Positions 29,373 to 42,971 of a stretch of 64,000 nt of DNA are shown piece by piece. Made by a program: the position numbers and the translations under genes. The first letter of the stretch is position 1. Each line of letters starts with the position of its first letter. The DNA comes from the human T2T-CHM13v2.0 reference genome, Homo sapiens. The stretch lies in the NCBI RefSeq assembly GCF_009914755.1, contig NC_060925.1; one strand, written 5' to 3'. Below the pieces are notes generated by a model. It was not told the origin of the DNA, ran no database searches, and was given only the letters and a program-made list of their open reading frames with translations.

Positions 29373-30080
29373 CATTAGTCAGCTTCCACCAAGTGCCAGG
29401 GCCCTATAAATAGCTGCAAGGGTGACATTGCTAAGGCTTCTGCCTTAGAAACTCTCTGCAAAGGACACTGGATCACCCAGGAAAGTGTATTTGTATTCTA
29501 GGCAGATATAGAAGTTATGCCACTGAAAATAAAGATTTTATGTATTTGTACATATCTATCCTATAAATAAAATTTATATCCACCTTCCGGGGGTCCAGTC
29601 CCACCAGCTCAGTCCTCATTTAATCTGTATGGTGGTTATTAACAGTGTCTGGGAACGAACTGCAGACCTCTCTGAAATATCATCCTTGTCAGTCCCAGGC
29701 CTTTCGAGCAGAGCGAGATCTCCTTACTGGGGAATTATGGCGTTCATATTAGCACGCCTGCTAAGAAATTCTTATGCTGCGATACACACTTCCCTGAAGT
29801 GTTTCATGGAAATTAGATTTCGGGAGAACAAAATCACAGAGGGCTCCAAGGCTGCAGGAGGCGGGGATCCCTCTTTGTTACCGGTTTGCCCAGTAATTAA
29901 TTTCTTCCCCAGCTCAATTTGAAGGAAAAGATTGTGCTCATTAATTTATCGTCCACCTGTTCCTGAGGATTATTTTGATTGCTTTTTAACAGGAGACTTT
30001 GTATTCAGTAGGGAGATTTAATATCATCCCAAGAGCTGGCATCTGAGTGCAGCGAGCCATGTTATTCTGAGTGATTTCCA
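29373..30080 (-). pseudogene. FN3 exon remnants (30080-29882, 29757-29584, 29455-29373)
   Basis: KSLRITW...LG*Y*ISLLN..IELGKKL; RTELVGLDPGR|EF across a splice junction; SNVTLAAIY. Confidence 0.6.
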
Positions 30081-30250
30081 CCCAAACAAAAACAAGCGCA
30101 CTCGGTGACTTTCACAGCAAGGCCCTGTCATTCGAACCCTCTGTGCAGAATCTCACGGGGCACCTCCCTTGGTGCCCTCTGCCCTGCCTCGCTCCCTTCT
30201 GTGGAGTTTAGGAAGATATTTTGGGGTATCTGGCTCATCCCATATCCCCT

Positions 30251-31797
30251 TGAGAGGTGACAGCGTGCTGGCAGTCCTCACAGCCCTCGCTCGCTCTCGG
30301 CGCCTCCTCTGCCTGGGTTCCCACTTTGGCGGCACTTGAGGAGCCCTTCGGCCCGCCGCTGCACTGTGGGAGCCCGTTTCTGGGCCGGCCAAGGCCAGAG
30401 CTGGCTCCCTCAGCTTGCAGGGAGGTGTGGAGGGAGAGGCGCGAGCAGGAACTGGGGTTGTGCGCGGCGCTTGCCGGCCAGCTGGAGTTCTGGGTGGGGT
30501 GGCTTGGCGGGCCCCGCACTCGGAGCGGCCGGCCGGCCCTGCGGCCCCGGGCTGTGAGGGGCTTAGCACCCGGGCCAGTGGCTGCGGAGGGTGTACTGGG
30601 TCCCCCAGCAGTGCCAGCCTGCCGGCGCTGCGCTCGATTTCTCACCGGGCCTTAGCTGCCTTCCCACGGGGCAGGGCTCGGGACCTGCAGCCCGCCATGC
30701 CTGAGCCTCCCACCCACTCCATGGGCTCCTGTGCGGCCCGAGCTTCCCCGACGAGCACCACCCTCTATTCCACGGTGCCCAGTCCCATCGACCACCCAAG
30801 GGCTGAGGAATGCGAGCGCACGGCGCAGGACTGGCAGGCAGCTCCACCCGCAGCCCTGGTGCGGGATCCACTGGGTGAAGCCAGCTGGGCTCCTGAGTCT
30901 GGTGGGGACGTGGAGAGTCTTTACATGTAGCTCAGGGATTGTAAATACACCAATCAGCACCCTGTGTTTAGCTCAAGGTTTGTGAGTGCACCAATCGACA
31001 CTCTGTATCTAGCTGCTCTGGTGAGGACGTGGAGAACCTTTATGTCTAGCTCAAGGATTGTAAATACACCAATCGGCACTCTGTATCTAGCTCAAGGTTT
31101 GTAAACACACCAATCAGCACCCTGTGTTTAGCTCAAGGTTTGTGAATGCACCAATCGACACTCTGTATCTAGCTGCTCTGGTGGGGCCTTGGAGAACCTG
31201 TGTGTCGAAACTCTGTATCTAACTAATCTGATGGGGACGTGGAGAACCTTTGTATCTAGCTCAGGGATTGTAAACACACCAATCAGCACCCTGACAAAAC
31301 AGGCCACTCGGCTCTACCAATCAGCAGGATGTGGGTGGGGCCAGGTAAGAGAATAAAAGCGGGTTGCCGGAGCCAGCATTGGCAACCCTCTTGGGTCCCC
31401 TTCCACACCGTGGAAGCTTTGTTCTTTCGCTCTTTGCAATAAATCTTGCTACTGCTCACTCTTCGGGTCCACGCTGCTTTTATGAGCTGTAACACTCACG
31501 GCGAAGATCTGCAGCTTCACTCCTGAGCCCAGCAAGACCATGAGCCCACCGGGAGGAATGAACAACTCCAGACGTGCTACCTTAAGAGCTGTAACACTCA
31601 CTGTGAAGGTCTGCAGCTTCACTCCTGAGCCAGCGAGACCACGAACCCACCAGAAGGAAGAAACTCCCAACACATCTGAACATCAGAAGGGACAGACTCC
31701 AGACGCGCCACCTTAAGAGCTGTTAACACTCACCGTGAGGGTCTGCGGCTTCATTCTTGAAGTCAGTGAGAGCAAGAACCCACCAATTCCGGACACA
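30251..31797 (+). mobile_element. LTR12C solo LTR (ERV9), full length
   Basis: TGAGAGGTGACAGCGTGCTGGC...CCAATTCCGGACACA with perfect 4-bp TSD ccct; CpG-rich 5' part and tandem CCAAT-containing repeats. Confidence 0.95.
30930..31400 (+). promoter_or_regulatory. LTR12 enhancer/promoter: tandem CCAAT (NF-Y) repeats and AATAAA TATA-like box
   Basis: Repeated caccaatc units; gaataaaagc at ~31351. Confidence 0.7.
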
Positions 31798-31878
31798 CCC
31801 TGTTTCCCCCACCCCTCTTTTGTACCAAAGACACGTGAGTCATAAACATCTAGAATGTTTTGTAAAAGAACCAGGCCA

Positions 31879-32160
31879 GGCTGGGCAGGGTGGCTCATGC
31901 CTGTAATCTCAGCATTTTAGGAGGCTGAGGTGGGCGGATCATTTGAGGCTAGGAGTTTGAGGCCAGCCTGGGCAACACGCTGAGACCCATCCCTATAAAT
32001 GAAAAAAAAAAGGCCGGTTGTGGTGTTGCATTCCTGTAGTCCCAGCTACTTGGGAGGCTGAGGCAGAAGGATCACTTGCCCACAGGTTCAAGGCTGCAGT
32101 GAGCTTTGTGCCACTGCACTCCAGCCTGGGCAAGACCCTGTCTCAAAGAAAAAAAAAAAA
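31879..32160 (+). mobile_element. AluJ
   Basis: Dimeric diverged Alu. Confidence 0.9.
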
Positions 32161-32202
32161 GTGGGCCAATATTAAGCACAAGTAAAGAAAGCATACAAAT
32201 AC

Positions 32203-32402
32203 TTTCTGTGGCAAATCTGATTATCTGTAGCAAATTCAGAGGGCTTCAAACCACCAAATGAAATCTCACCCATCACCTCATTTTAAACTGTTGGTTATTT
32301 TTATTTAGACACAGGAATTATAGGTTGGTAGCATTCAGAAAATTATATTTAACCCTCATTTAGATTCAATCTGAATCAATTTAATGAAATGTGAATACTT
32401 TT
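32203..32402 (-). pseudogene. FN3 exon remnant
   Basis: Acceptor tttttattctctctgtaaatctag; reads VKYNFLNAT and GEISFGGLKPSEF. Confidence 0.6.
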
Positions 32403-33391
32403 CTAGATTTACAGAGAGAATAAAAAGAAATTTAGACCAGAGAGAAAAACATCTGATGTCTTTTCTATACCCAGGAGATATAATACCAGGCTTTTTTGCT
32501 GGTTACTAGGGCTATTTTCCTCAACGGTAATGGAGGGGAAAAGCCTAGAATCCCAGGAAAACATAGGTTGGGATTCAGGAGAGGCATGGGTCCTGCCATC
32601 CAGTTATTTCCCCCACAGATACCAATGGCCCAGGCGCTGTGCCAGCCCGGGAAGAGTCAGCAGCAAGCAGACCTTATTCCTTCCTCCTGCAGTTTCTAGT
32701 GTAGTGAGAGGCTGATGTTAGCTGAATTATCACAACAGATATGAAACTGCAAGGTACTACAGGCTGTAAGAGGAAATTTTGCCCTAACCTAAGAAAGTAG
32801 GGAAAGCTTCAGCAGCAGAAACCACAAGGACGAATGGTGTGGACTAGAAGAAAGTGGGTGGGGATGACTGCCTGAAGCAGAGAATAGCATGTGCAAAGGC
32901 ACTGCGGCCAGCCAGAGGGGATGCAGTACAAAGGTCAATGTGGGTAAGATGAAAGCAGGTTTGGGCTCAGTCTGTCAAATACCTGGGGAGGTGAGTGGGG
33001 CTGGACTGTGTGGGATTTTGATTACGCCAAGTGGTTAATTTGATTTTAACCTTGAACATCTTGTAATCTGGACCCAGGCTGCCTGGGCATGAACCCTGGC
33101 TCTGCCACACACTCCCTAAGAGAACTTGGGCATGGCCTTTCAACCCCTCTGGGCCTCAGGGCCCTCAAATGTGAAGTAGGGGTAATAATACCACCTCTTC
33201 TGATGGTTGGTGTGAGGATTAAATTAGTTAATATATGGAAAGGGCTTAGGACAGTCCATGGAACATACTATACATTATTATTTTCTTTCATTATTATCTT
33301 TAACTAAAGCAGTTCTCACCAAGTCACCTCTAAGTGCTTTTTGGCTCTGATGTTTTAGATTTCTAAGAACCTTTTTGAAATATTCATAGTA

Positions 33392-33826
33392 CAGTTGACC
33401 TTTGAGCAACACGGGTTTGAACTGCCCAGGTCCACTTATATAGGGATTATTTTTTCACCTCTGCTACCCCTGAGACAGCAAGACCAGCTCCTCCTTCCTC
33501 CTCCTCAGCCTACTCAACATGAACACAATGAGGATGAAGACCTTTACAATGCTCCACTTCCACTTAATAAAAAATGTATTTTCTTTTCCGTATGATTTTC
33601 TTAGTAGTATTTTCTTTTCTCTAGATTACTTTATTATAAGAACACAGTATATAATACACAAAACATACAAAATATGTGTTAATTTACTGTTTATGTTATC
33701 AGTAAGGCTTCTGGTCAACTGTACCCCATTAGTAGTTAAGCTTTTGGGGAGTTAAAATTTATACATGAATTTTTTACTGCGCAGGGTCGGCACCCCCGAG
33801 CTCCCGCATTGTACAAGGGTCAACAG
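33392..33826 (+). mobile_element. Tigger2a (MER28) DNA transposon
   Basis: TIRs CAGTTGACCTTTGA / CAAGGGTCAACAG with TA TSDs. Confidence 0.9.
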
Positions 33827-35737
33827 TAACTCTCATGCTGGAGAAATGCAAAGGTGACGATGTCACTCATTATGTGCAGTGCAGAGTGAAGCCACGGGCT
33901 GGGATGAAGGGGCCCAGGGGAAGTGCGTGCAGTAGGAGGAGAGGGAGGTGGTGGGACCCCCTCAGAATGACCCAAACTGAGGGAGCAGAAAGGAGAGAAA
34001 CCAGTAGCAGAGATGGGGAAGAATCAGCCCAACATTATTGAATACTTGTAACTCTTAAACTCAGGAGGATGTAGTGTTGAGGGGGGCAGACACTGGTGAC
34101 AACTCCCATTTGATGAGGACAGAGGGTGGGGCCATGGCTCTGGGGATCTGGAGTTCACTGTGCCTGGGCCTTTCCAGCAGCTTCATACAAACTAGAAAGA
34201 GACACCCTCCTCAGAAGCCTCATGTTCCACTGGTGGGGAATCATTATAATTCAGTGATGTAATTGGAACTGGACCCCCTACAGCCATCTGCCTGGCCACT
34301 GGTGTGGTAAATATACACATGTGCACAGCTCTGCTGTGACCATCATCCCTTAGCCTTGGTACTCCCAGCTGGGGGCAACCAACCCACAGACAAACTCTGA
34401 GAAAACAGCTTTGGAACCAATCTGACTCAGGGAGATCACGATGGGAGGCAAGGAAGCAGAGGAGAGGTGAATTCAGGTCACTCTGTCAAAAACTCAGGCA
34501 GGGAAGAAAGAAAGCAGCCAAGTGCTAGTTTGAGGCTGAAGCTGGACTGAGGCTGTAGAAATTGTAGGCATATTTGTAGACTGAACAACAGGAGCCTGTG
34601 GAAAGGTGGAGAAAGAGAATTGAGAGCCAGAGAAGAATGTTCAATGGTAAGGATTGCAGCCCACAGAGAGGTTCTCAGCTATGGGGCCTCTGCCACCCAG
34701 AGAGCTGCAAGACAGCTGTGCAGAGGGGAGGGGTCTCTGCAGAACACGTTTTCATTATTTGCTTTTAGTACGTCTGCCTCGAAATGAGACTCCAAGGATC
34801 TGACTGAGACATGGAGAAAGGGCTCTGGGCAAGCAAGTTGAAAAGGAAATCAGAGAGGGTGTGGTCCTCATAAATCTGTCCATCAGCAAACACTTATTCA
34901 GTACTTGGGATGCTGTTTTCAAAGTGAGATCCTGAACCATTTGCATGAAAGTCTCTTGGACTCGCAGGGCAGATTCACATTTCTGGGCCTCACCTGAAAC
35001 TTTGTGAAGGCAGAATTTCCCCCATCTCCCTGGATGATTCTCAATCAACCTGCAATTTGGGATTCACTGATTAGGTAAGGCAGGACACTGCATGGCAGAG
35101 GCACAAAGGACCTGGCTCCTGACGGAGAAAATAGTGATTGATACGAAAAGGGAACTTGTGACTCTGTATACTAGAAATTTCAGGAGGGATTCTCAGAGAT
35201 GGCACTGTTTTCACTGGGTGCCAAGGCTAGTTGACAGAGGGCATCTGGAGGTTAGGGAGACAGCAGTCAGGCAGGAGACCCAGAGGGCCCATGGATGGGG
35301 AGCATACAAGCTTGTCTTTGAGACCTGGGAGGAATTCAGGAAACAGAAAGGGAGGGTTAACAAAGAGGCAGAGGTGGAAATTAGAGGGTTCTTCTCAAGG
35401 AATACTAAAGAGTTCCGCTTGGCATGACAGTTTGTAATGAAAATGGGAGACAAGGTGGAAAAGTGAGTTCATGCTAAATCATGACAGGCTTTGAAGGCCA
35501 ATTGAAGGAGTGGCTTGATGTATCTTGGCAGGCCTTTTTGAGTGCCCTCTCTGGGCTGGCACAGGGCTGGCTGTTGTCCAGTAGTGGAGACAGATGTATA
35601 CACAGGTAATTGTTATTCTAAGCATGAGCAAAGTAATGTACAGGCCAAGGTGGAGGAAAGAGTCGTGGACCCTCTGTGGGCTTGGGGCAGCTTCCTAGGC
35701 AGGGCACAATTCCTATCCCTGAGTTTCCAAATGGAAA

Positions 35738-36384
35738 CAAACACCACACACATAACACTACACACATGCACAAAACACACATGTACACATACACACAACA
35801 CACACAATATATACAACATATACATAAACACAAGTTCCACACATGACACATACAACACACACTACCTACATGCAACACAACATACATATACATACAACAC
35901 ACACACAACACACAACACACAACATACACATAACAACACACATATATACACAACACACAGAACACATACACATAACACAACATACATATGCATACAATAC
36001 AGGTAACAATATACATAAACAACACAGAAACATACATATAACACAACACATGTATACATACAATACACATGACATGCAACACACAACACACATGACACAC
36101 ACAGCACACAACACAATACATATGCCTACAACACACACCTGCACACATAACACAGGTGAAACACATGCAAACACATATACACTCAACACACATAACACAA
36201 ACACACAACACACATGAACACATAACTCATACCACACATACATGCACACATATACACAAACACATATACACAAACACACATATACACAATACACATACAC
36301 TTGACACACACATGCACACACATATATAACACATAACATACACAACACTCCCAAACACACACACACACACATCCCACACGCACA
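35738..36384. repeat. Degenerate (CA)n-rich low-complexity tract, ~650 bp
   Basis: Almost entirely C/A with occasional T/G. Confidence 0.95.
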
Positions 36385-37106
36385 GTTTCCCTGTAGGGCC
36401 ATGTGTGGAGTTTGTAGAGTGGAAGGATGCCAACCGAGTGAGTGACGATGAGTTTCCCTTCGCAGCTCTTCCACTATCTTGTGCCCTTCTTGGGCACTCT
36501 GGACAGCCCTGGGCCTCCCCTCCTGGGAGAAGAGGATAGAGCTCGCCCCAGTGGTGTAGATGGCACAGCCCTTGCCAGTTCTAGGCTTCTGAGTCAGCAT
36601 GTCTATGAGAAAAGTGAAACACGACCCACTGCCAGCCATCTAAGGAGGCTTTGCCTAAAAGTTTGCTTAAACCTGGCTTCCTGGTTTCATGCCTCTGGAG
36701 CAACTGTTCCCAGTGCTCTGATGGACAAGCACTGGCCAATCCCTGCACAGATATGGGAGGCACGTGACTTCTTTAAAGGGTAGGTTCTCTCTAGGGCACA
36801 ACACCTCAGTTGGACCTCAGATTCAGCTGAAAGTCACAGGTAACTTCTTGGCAGCAAGAGATAGTGGCGGAGTGGGAATTCTTCCTGGGCTGGAGCAGGG
36901 CCATTCCTCACCGGGCACCATGAAACTGGAATAGGGGGCACTCTTGTGTTGGCATCACACAGGAAACATCCCCGGGGAGTTGGAGGGGAGCTCTGGCTTG
37001 ACAGTCAGCATCCTCTCCACCCAGTGCTATCTGGAGATTCCAGCTCTCCATATTAATTCAGCCAACAATTGTGCTATGCTAGCTGCTCCATTCTATAAAT
37101 ATTTAC

Positions 37107-37454
37107 CAGCAATCCCTGGGAGCTGTCCCCATGCATATATTTCCTGCCCATTACTGTGGCAACTGTTCTCTGTGTGGGCATCATAGAATGCTCTGGTAGG
37201 ATGCCTTCTTGTAGGATAGATGTACGATGCTAAATGGTTTCAGTGAAGAGGACTTTATGGGAAAACACGGGAGGCAGAGTGTTGTCTGAGCAAATTCATT
37301 TGTCACTTTACCTGGAGGAGGAATGCTTTGCTCAAAGGAGCCTATGAGACAGCTCTGCAGTCCTTCATCTTTGTCCCTCACCACCTTAGCAGATATGTCA
37401 CAAATGTTCTTGTTGCTTTGAAAGAACCAATTTCATTTACTCCTTTCGCTCATT
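37107..37454 (-). pseudogene. Two FN3 exon remnants (37454-37310, 37252-37107)
   Basis: SFKATRTFVTYLLRW with donor CAG|gtaaag; then TSILQEGILPEHS..TQRTVATV with donor gtaaat. Confidence 0.6.
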
Positions 37455-38289
37455 CTTTAAGCAAAGCATGCAAGATGTGGAGCATGCATCAGCCTGGTCT
37501 CTGCTCGTGGAGCTCAGCCTAGTGAGGGAAGCAGGTCGGTGTCATAAGGGCATGAGCAGGTTGCTTTAGGAGTAAATATGTAGAGGTAGTCATCCCTGGA
37601 GAAGGTGGGCTTCTATGCCTGGATCCAGGCATAGAAGTGGGGAGACATTCTGCCTGAGACTCTCCGAGGGAGGTGGAACACAGCCTCCCTGTGGGACAGG
37701 TCAAGGCGAGCTGATGTTGATGTTCTGGTGGTAGGAGAGATACCATGTCTCACCTTTAGAGGATGGGGACTGCGCAGCTCTTCCTCCTGGGAGAGTAGAG
37801 CAGGCCGAGCACAAGCAAGAAGTGACCTGTGCAGAGTTATTGCCTGGGCCCCACCACCCGCGTTCTACCCATGGCATGGTCTCACCTGCCTCAAGCATCC
37901 TGAGAACCTGTGCCGTCTGTCTCAGCTCTTCTCACCATCCAAATCCATGACCACTACGGAGCCAAGAAATGTGCGCTCACTAAGGTGTGGGTGAGCAATC
38001 GCCCCTTCACCGATCACCACCAGAGAGTTTGCTCTTCTCTGGTTGCAGAGAGCCCATGAGAATACCTAGGCAGCAGGGCAGGGGCTGTAGGGCACTCCTA
38101 GAGCCTAGGGTGGCTATCTGTGAACTGTCCTGATCCAAATCACGGTGACAACTCAGCCACATAAAGCTCCAGGTCTCTTCCCAAGTGACCAACGGAAAGG
38201 ATAGGAGAAACTAACAGTTTTTGAGGATTTGTTCTGAATTTGGCTCCTTAATAAACATCTCCTCATCACCATTCATTCTTCGATTTATT

Positions 38290-40310
38290 CTTTTACTTGT
38301 TCATTTATTTATTCACTCATTCATTTGACACATTTTTTTTACTGAGCAGTTATTTTGTGTGCTGGGCACTGATCTAGGCAGTCACCTTCCCTTGAGGTTC
38401 CGCCATGGAAGGTTAATATTGTTTGGATCTGTGTCCCTACCCAAATCTCGAGTTGAATTGTAATCCCCAATGCTGAAGGTGGGGTCTGGTGGCAGGTGTT
38501 TCGGTCATGGGGGCAGATCCCGGGCTTGGTGCTATGTTTGTGATAGTGAATTCTCACGAAATCTGGTCGTTTAAAAGTGTGTGGCACCTCCCCCACCCCA
38601 TTCTCTCAATTGGTCCCGCTTTCACCATGTGAGCTGCAAGCTCCCGCTTTGCCTTCCACCAAGAGTAAAAACTTCCTGAGGCCTCCCCAGAAGCCATGTT
38701 TCCTGTACAGCCTGCAGAACCATAAGCCAATTAAGCCTCTTTTCTTTATAAATTAGTCTCAGGTATTTCTGCATAGCAATGCAAGAACGGACCAATACAA
38801 AGGTCATTCCCATTCTGTGCCTGCCATATCTGCTCAGCATCCAAAGGCCCCCTGGCTTCAGGTGGTCACCACTTACAGAGAGTGTTGAATAACCAGACAA
38901 AACTTCCTGCCCTCCCCAAACTTATTCACCAGAGGAGAGAGACAGACAGTAAATCCTCAAGGAAGAAAACACTTACGGAAGGTCAGTAGGGGTAAGTGTT
39001 AGCAGGAAAATAAGCAAGGAATGAAACTGTGAGATGTGGGCGTGATGGGGAATTTTAGATCGGGTAGCCAAAAGGTGAATTTTGGGAAAAGATGGGAAGT
39101 GATGAGGGAGAAAGCCACGGGGCCAGCTGGTGGGAGAGCAACTGGGGCGAAGCTAACAGCAGGTGCACAGGCCTGAGGCAGAGAGCACCTGGCATGTGCC
39201 TGGAGGAAGCCAGGGTGCCTGGAGCAGAATGAAAGTGCTGGGGATGCGAATGAGTTCAAAGAAGCAATGGGGGCGAGGGGCGCAGAGTCAAAGAGGATCG
39301 ATTTCATAAGGAATTTGAAGCCATTATAAGTGCAGGCATTTTCTCTCTAAGTGAGATGGAGACCCAGTGCAGTGGTTACACGCCAGCAGAATCCCTCTCC
39401 TGTGGGGCTGTGATAGGTTGGGTGTTGTGGGGGTGGCCTGATGGGAAGGGCAGAAGTGGGGAGATCACTTAGGGAGTTCTTGCAATGATCCAAGAGGCTT
39501 GCTTCCAGATGGTGGTAGTGGTCAAATTCTGGATATATTCTAAAGGTGGAGTTCTCTGGCCATACAGATGGACCAGATGTGAGGAATGACTCAAAGAGAA
39601 GCATCAAGAACGGCTCCACAGGTTTTGCTGAGTCACTGGAAGAGCTGAGTTAACAGAGAAAAGAAAGGCTGCCCAAGTGCTCATTTGAGAAGGGAATATC
39701 AGGATCTTAGTTTGGATCTTGTGAAGTTTGAGGTGACCCATCGCCATCCAAGGGGAACGGGGAAGCAGGCAGTTTGGGCAATGGGTCAAGAGGTCAGGGA
39801 AAGGTCTGTGCAGGAGATGCACATTTGGAAGTCATGAGCATAGAGATCGTTTTGGAAATCATGATTTGGCAAGAGATCATTTAGTGAGTGAGGCTGGACC
39901 AAAAGGAGGAAAGGCCCAAGGTCTGAGTCGAGGGCTTGGCAACACCTGGGGTTTGGGGAGACAAGACTGAATCAGCAAGACAGTCTGAGAAGCAATGGCC
40001 AGAGAAATGGGAGGGGAGCCCAGCCAGGTGACATCCCTGAGGCCCAGCAAGGGGCCCCACATGCTGATGAGCACCCAGGGGAAGGTGTTCTGAGGAGCGG
40101 CAGAGGGTGTGAGTCACCAGTGACCTTGGGGTGGTAAGGACAAATGCCTGACTGAGTGAGTTCACTAGAAAGTAGGAGGAGGTAAGCAGAGACAGCAGGC
40201 ATTGCCTCCTCTTTTCAGTAGTTCTGCTGTAAAGGGAGAGGAAAAATGGGGGCAGGAGCTGGAGAGGAAGTGGGGTCAGGAATAGGTCCTTAAGACCAAG
40301 AGAAATCACA
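38290..40310 (-). mobile_element. L2 element (interrupted)
   Basis: L2 3' end cattcatt.. at ~38310 and RT-like remnant near 40150. Confidence 0.8.
38414..38799 (-). mobile_element. MST (MaLR) solo LTR
   Basis: TAATATTGTTTGGATCTGTGTCC...GCAAGAACGGACCAATACA with perfect 5-bp TSD aaggt; strand follows library convention and is uncertain. Confidence 0.85.
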
Positions 40311-41579
40311 TCAGGTTGGCGTCACAGCCACATGGCAGAGATGCAAAGGTGCACCTGCTTGCAACAAGGAAGGGCTCAGAGGATGTACATCTGGATCAGG
40401 GTCTCATGTCTACAGGTGGGGAGCTGGGGCCTGAACCAGCACTGCACTGCATTTTTAAAGAATCTTGCTACTACCAGGAAGCCATGGAGTTTTGTTGAAA
40501 GAGAGCCTGAACTTCCGCCCTAAGTGACCCCTCTCTTCTAAATCTGTTGGAAGTTCTCCTCCTCTAGGAAGTCCCTCCTGACCATTGCGGCTTGGTCCCA
40601 GGCACTCACATATGGAAGCCCTGCAGAGCTGCCACGGGTACCAGCCCAATGGTGTGTATGTGACTTGCACTGAAGTCATCTCTGCAGCTGAGTCTTGATG
40701 CGGAGCACCTGGAAGGCAGGGAATATGCTGGCTATTTTGCTGTTTTCTTTATATCTCCTGGAGCTATCTACCCCAGTCTCCTTCCCTTCCCCCTACACAC
40801 ACACACACACACCACACACACAAGATGTTTAAAGAGTTATTGGGCTTTAAAACAGAAATCAGCATTCAGAACCTCTGCTTTCATGAGGAAAGGCCTTGAG
40901 GGCAGTGGAGGAGGAGGCTGGACTTTAGATCCTTACTTGGGGTGGCCAGAGTAGGTTCCTGGTTATATCGGCTCTTCTTTTTGTCATCCAGTTCCTGCAA
41001 CACAAAGCCTGGTGAGACATGAGGAAGCCCCTTGCTAGCATATGCTTTATGTGTTTTCTAGTTCAAGAGCAGATTGGTCATCAATCTTGCCTTTTGTTTT
41101 ATTCATTTTACTTTTCTTCTTTAAGTAATCACTTACAAGTTGTTTGCCCTGAAAGCAAGTTCTTATGTGTTTATTTATCAAAATAACAACAACAATTTAT
41201 CCAAGGTCAGAACAACATAAACCACAAACTGCAAACGAGGGCATATTCCCATTTCACAGGTGGCAGAACTGAGGACCGTGAAAGGCGACATGCTCTTGTT
41301 GGGTGGTGGACCCCAATGTCAAACAATAAACTAGATCTGAGATGGAAAGCTGGATGTATTCAAAAGCTCCAGGCCAGCCTATATTCAGAGAGGAAAGTTG
41401 AGATCCATAGAGATCTATTCCTGCTCTTTTCCCCAAGTTCCAATTTCTTCTCCAGGGCTTCTAGTTCCCTTTTGTAATTCTTCCTACATACCTGTGATTA
41501 ACTTTTTTTCTCAATTGAATATTTCAGCTGAAATGAGGAGGAACACCATTTGGCTTGATTTTAAATGGCTCCATGTAGG

Positions 41580-42141
41580 TGTGCCCCTGTCTAGAAAGTA
41601 CTTGTAATGTGGAATTAAGGACAAGACTCCAGCTTTAAGGCAACTGTTAAAGGAACAAGTAATGGAAAGTTGCCTTTCACATCTCACTCATTTTAGACAC
41701 ATTGTAGTTAACTCTGCCAGAAAAATAATTGGCTCAGATTGGGTCGATCCAATTGAGGATCTAAATAACCTTGCTTGAGTGGTATTTATATTTCAGCTTC
41801 TGGTGTTGGGTGAAGTTATTATGTGGCTTGAATGCTAATTGAACACTAAGTGAGGACAAAAATAATACCAAGGCCCATCAAATGATATCACTTCTTCTTA
41901 ATCTCCTTGTAAATAAGCACGTGGAGAGTTTTTCAAAAGTTCATTTTGCACAGGTGGCTTCTCAAAAGTTCATTTTGTTTGTTGGGAACTTGCATTATTT
42001 CCCTAAAGAAATAGTGTTCTGCTTAGTGGTAAACTCCACTGGTCAGAGTAATAATAATAGTCCAATTCACCTAAGCTCTAATGTAACTGGGCAAAAGTAT
42101 TTACAGAACCAGCCAGAGTCCTGGGTCCTGGGTGGCAGATG
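41580..42141 (-). pseudogene. Two FN3 exon remnants (42141-41869, 273 nt; ~41810-41580)
   Basis: Acceptor ctttttcttaacctaaatag; PVTLELR*..LDYYY..TFEKLSTC; then ILNWIDP..RVNYNVS..CLKAGVL-NSTLQVLS. Confidence 0.6.
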
Positions 42142-42426
42142 CTATTTAGGTTAAGAAAAAGAAGGATGAGGAGGAAGAGGATGCCCTACTCCCACCCTTT
42201 TCCTGGGACACAGACCCCTCCACGTCAGTGTCCAGACAGAGGTCAGGCTGAGAGTGGTGCCCAGGACAGGGCCTTAGCTGGACAGGCTGGTTGGGGCAGA
42301 AGCAGAATGGCCCTTAGCACCATGAAGATGGCTTGGCAGGTGCAGTTGACTCCCAGAGTTGCTGGGAGTTGAGAGGAGTAAACAGAATGACCAAGAGGAA
42401 GTCCCAGTATGAAGACTGGTAGTAGA

Positions 42427-42971
<545 letters not shown>

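Noticed and set aside
29404-29411. TATAAATA box
   Set aside because: Isolated motif inside a putative exon remnant, with no supporting promoter context.
29620-30130. TAAT-rich block initially read as a conserved homeobox enhancer
   Set aside because: Better explained as minus-strand FN3 exon remnants; no conservation data available.
30153-30985. Overlapping 100-171 aa ORFs
   Set aside because: Products of the GC-rich LTR12C sequence, not genes.
35542-36639. Long Cys/Val or His/Thr ORFs (up to 257 aa)
   Set aside because: Translation of the CA/TG low-complexity tract.
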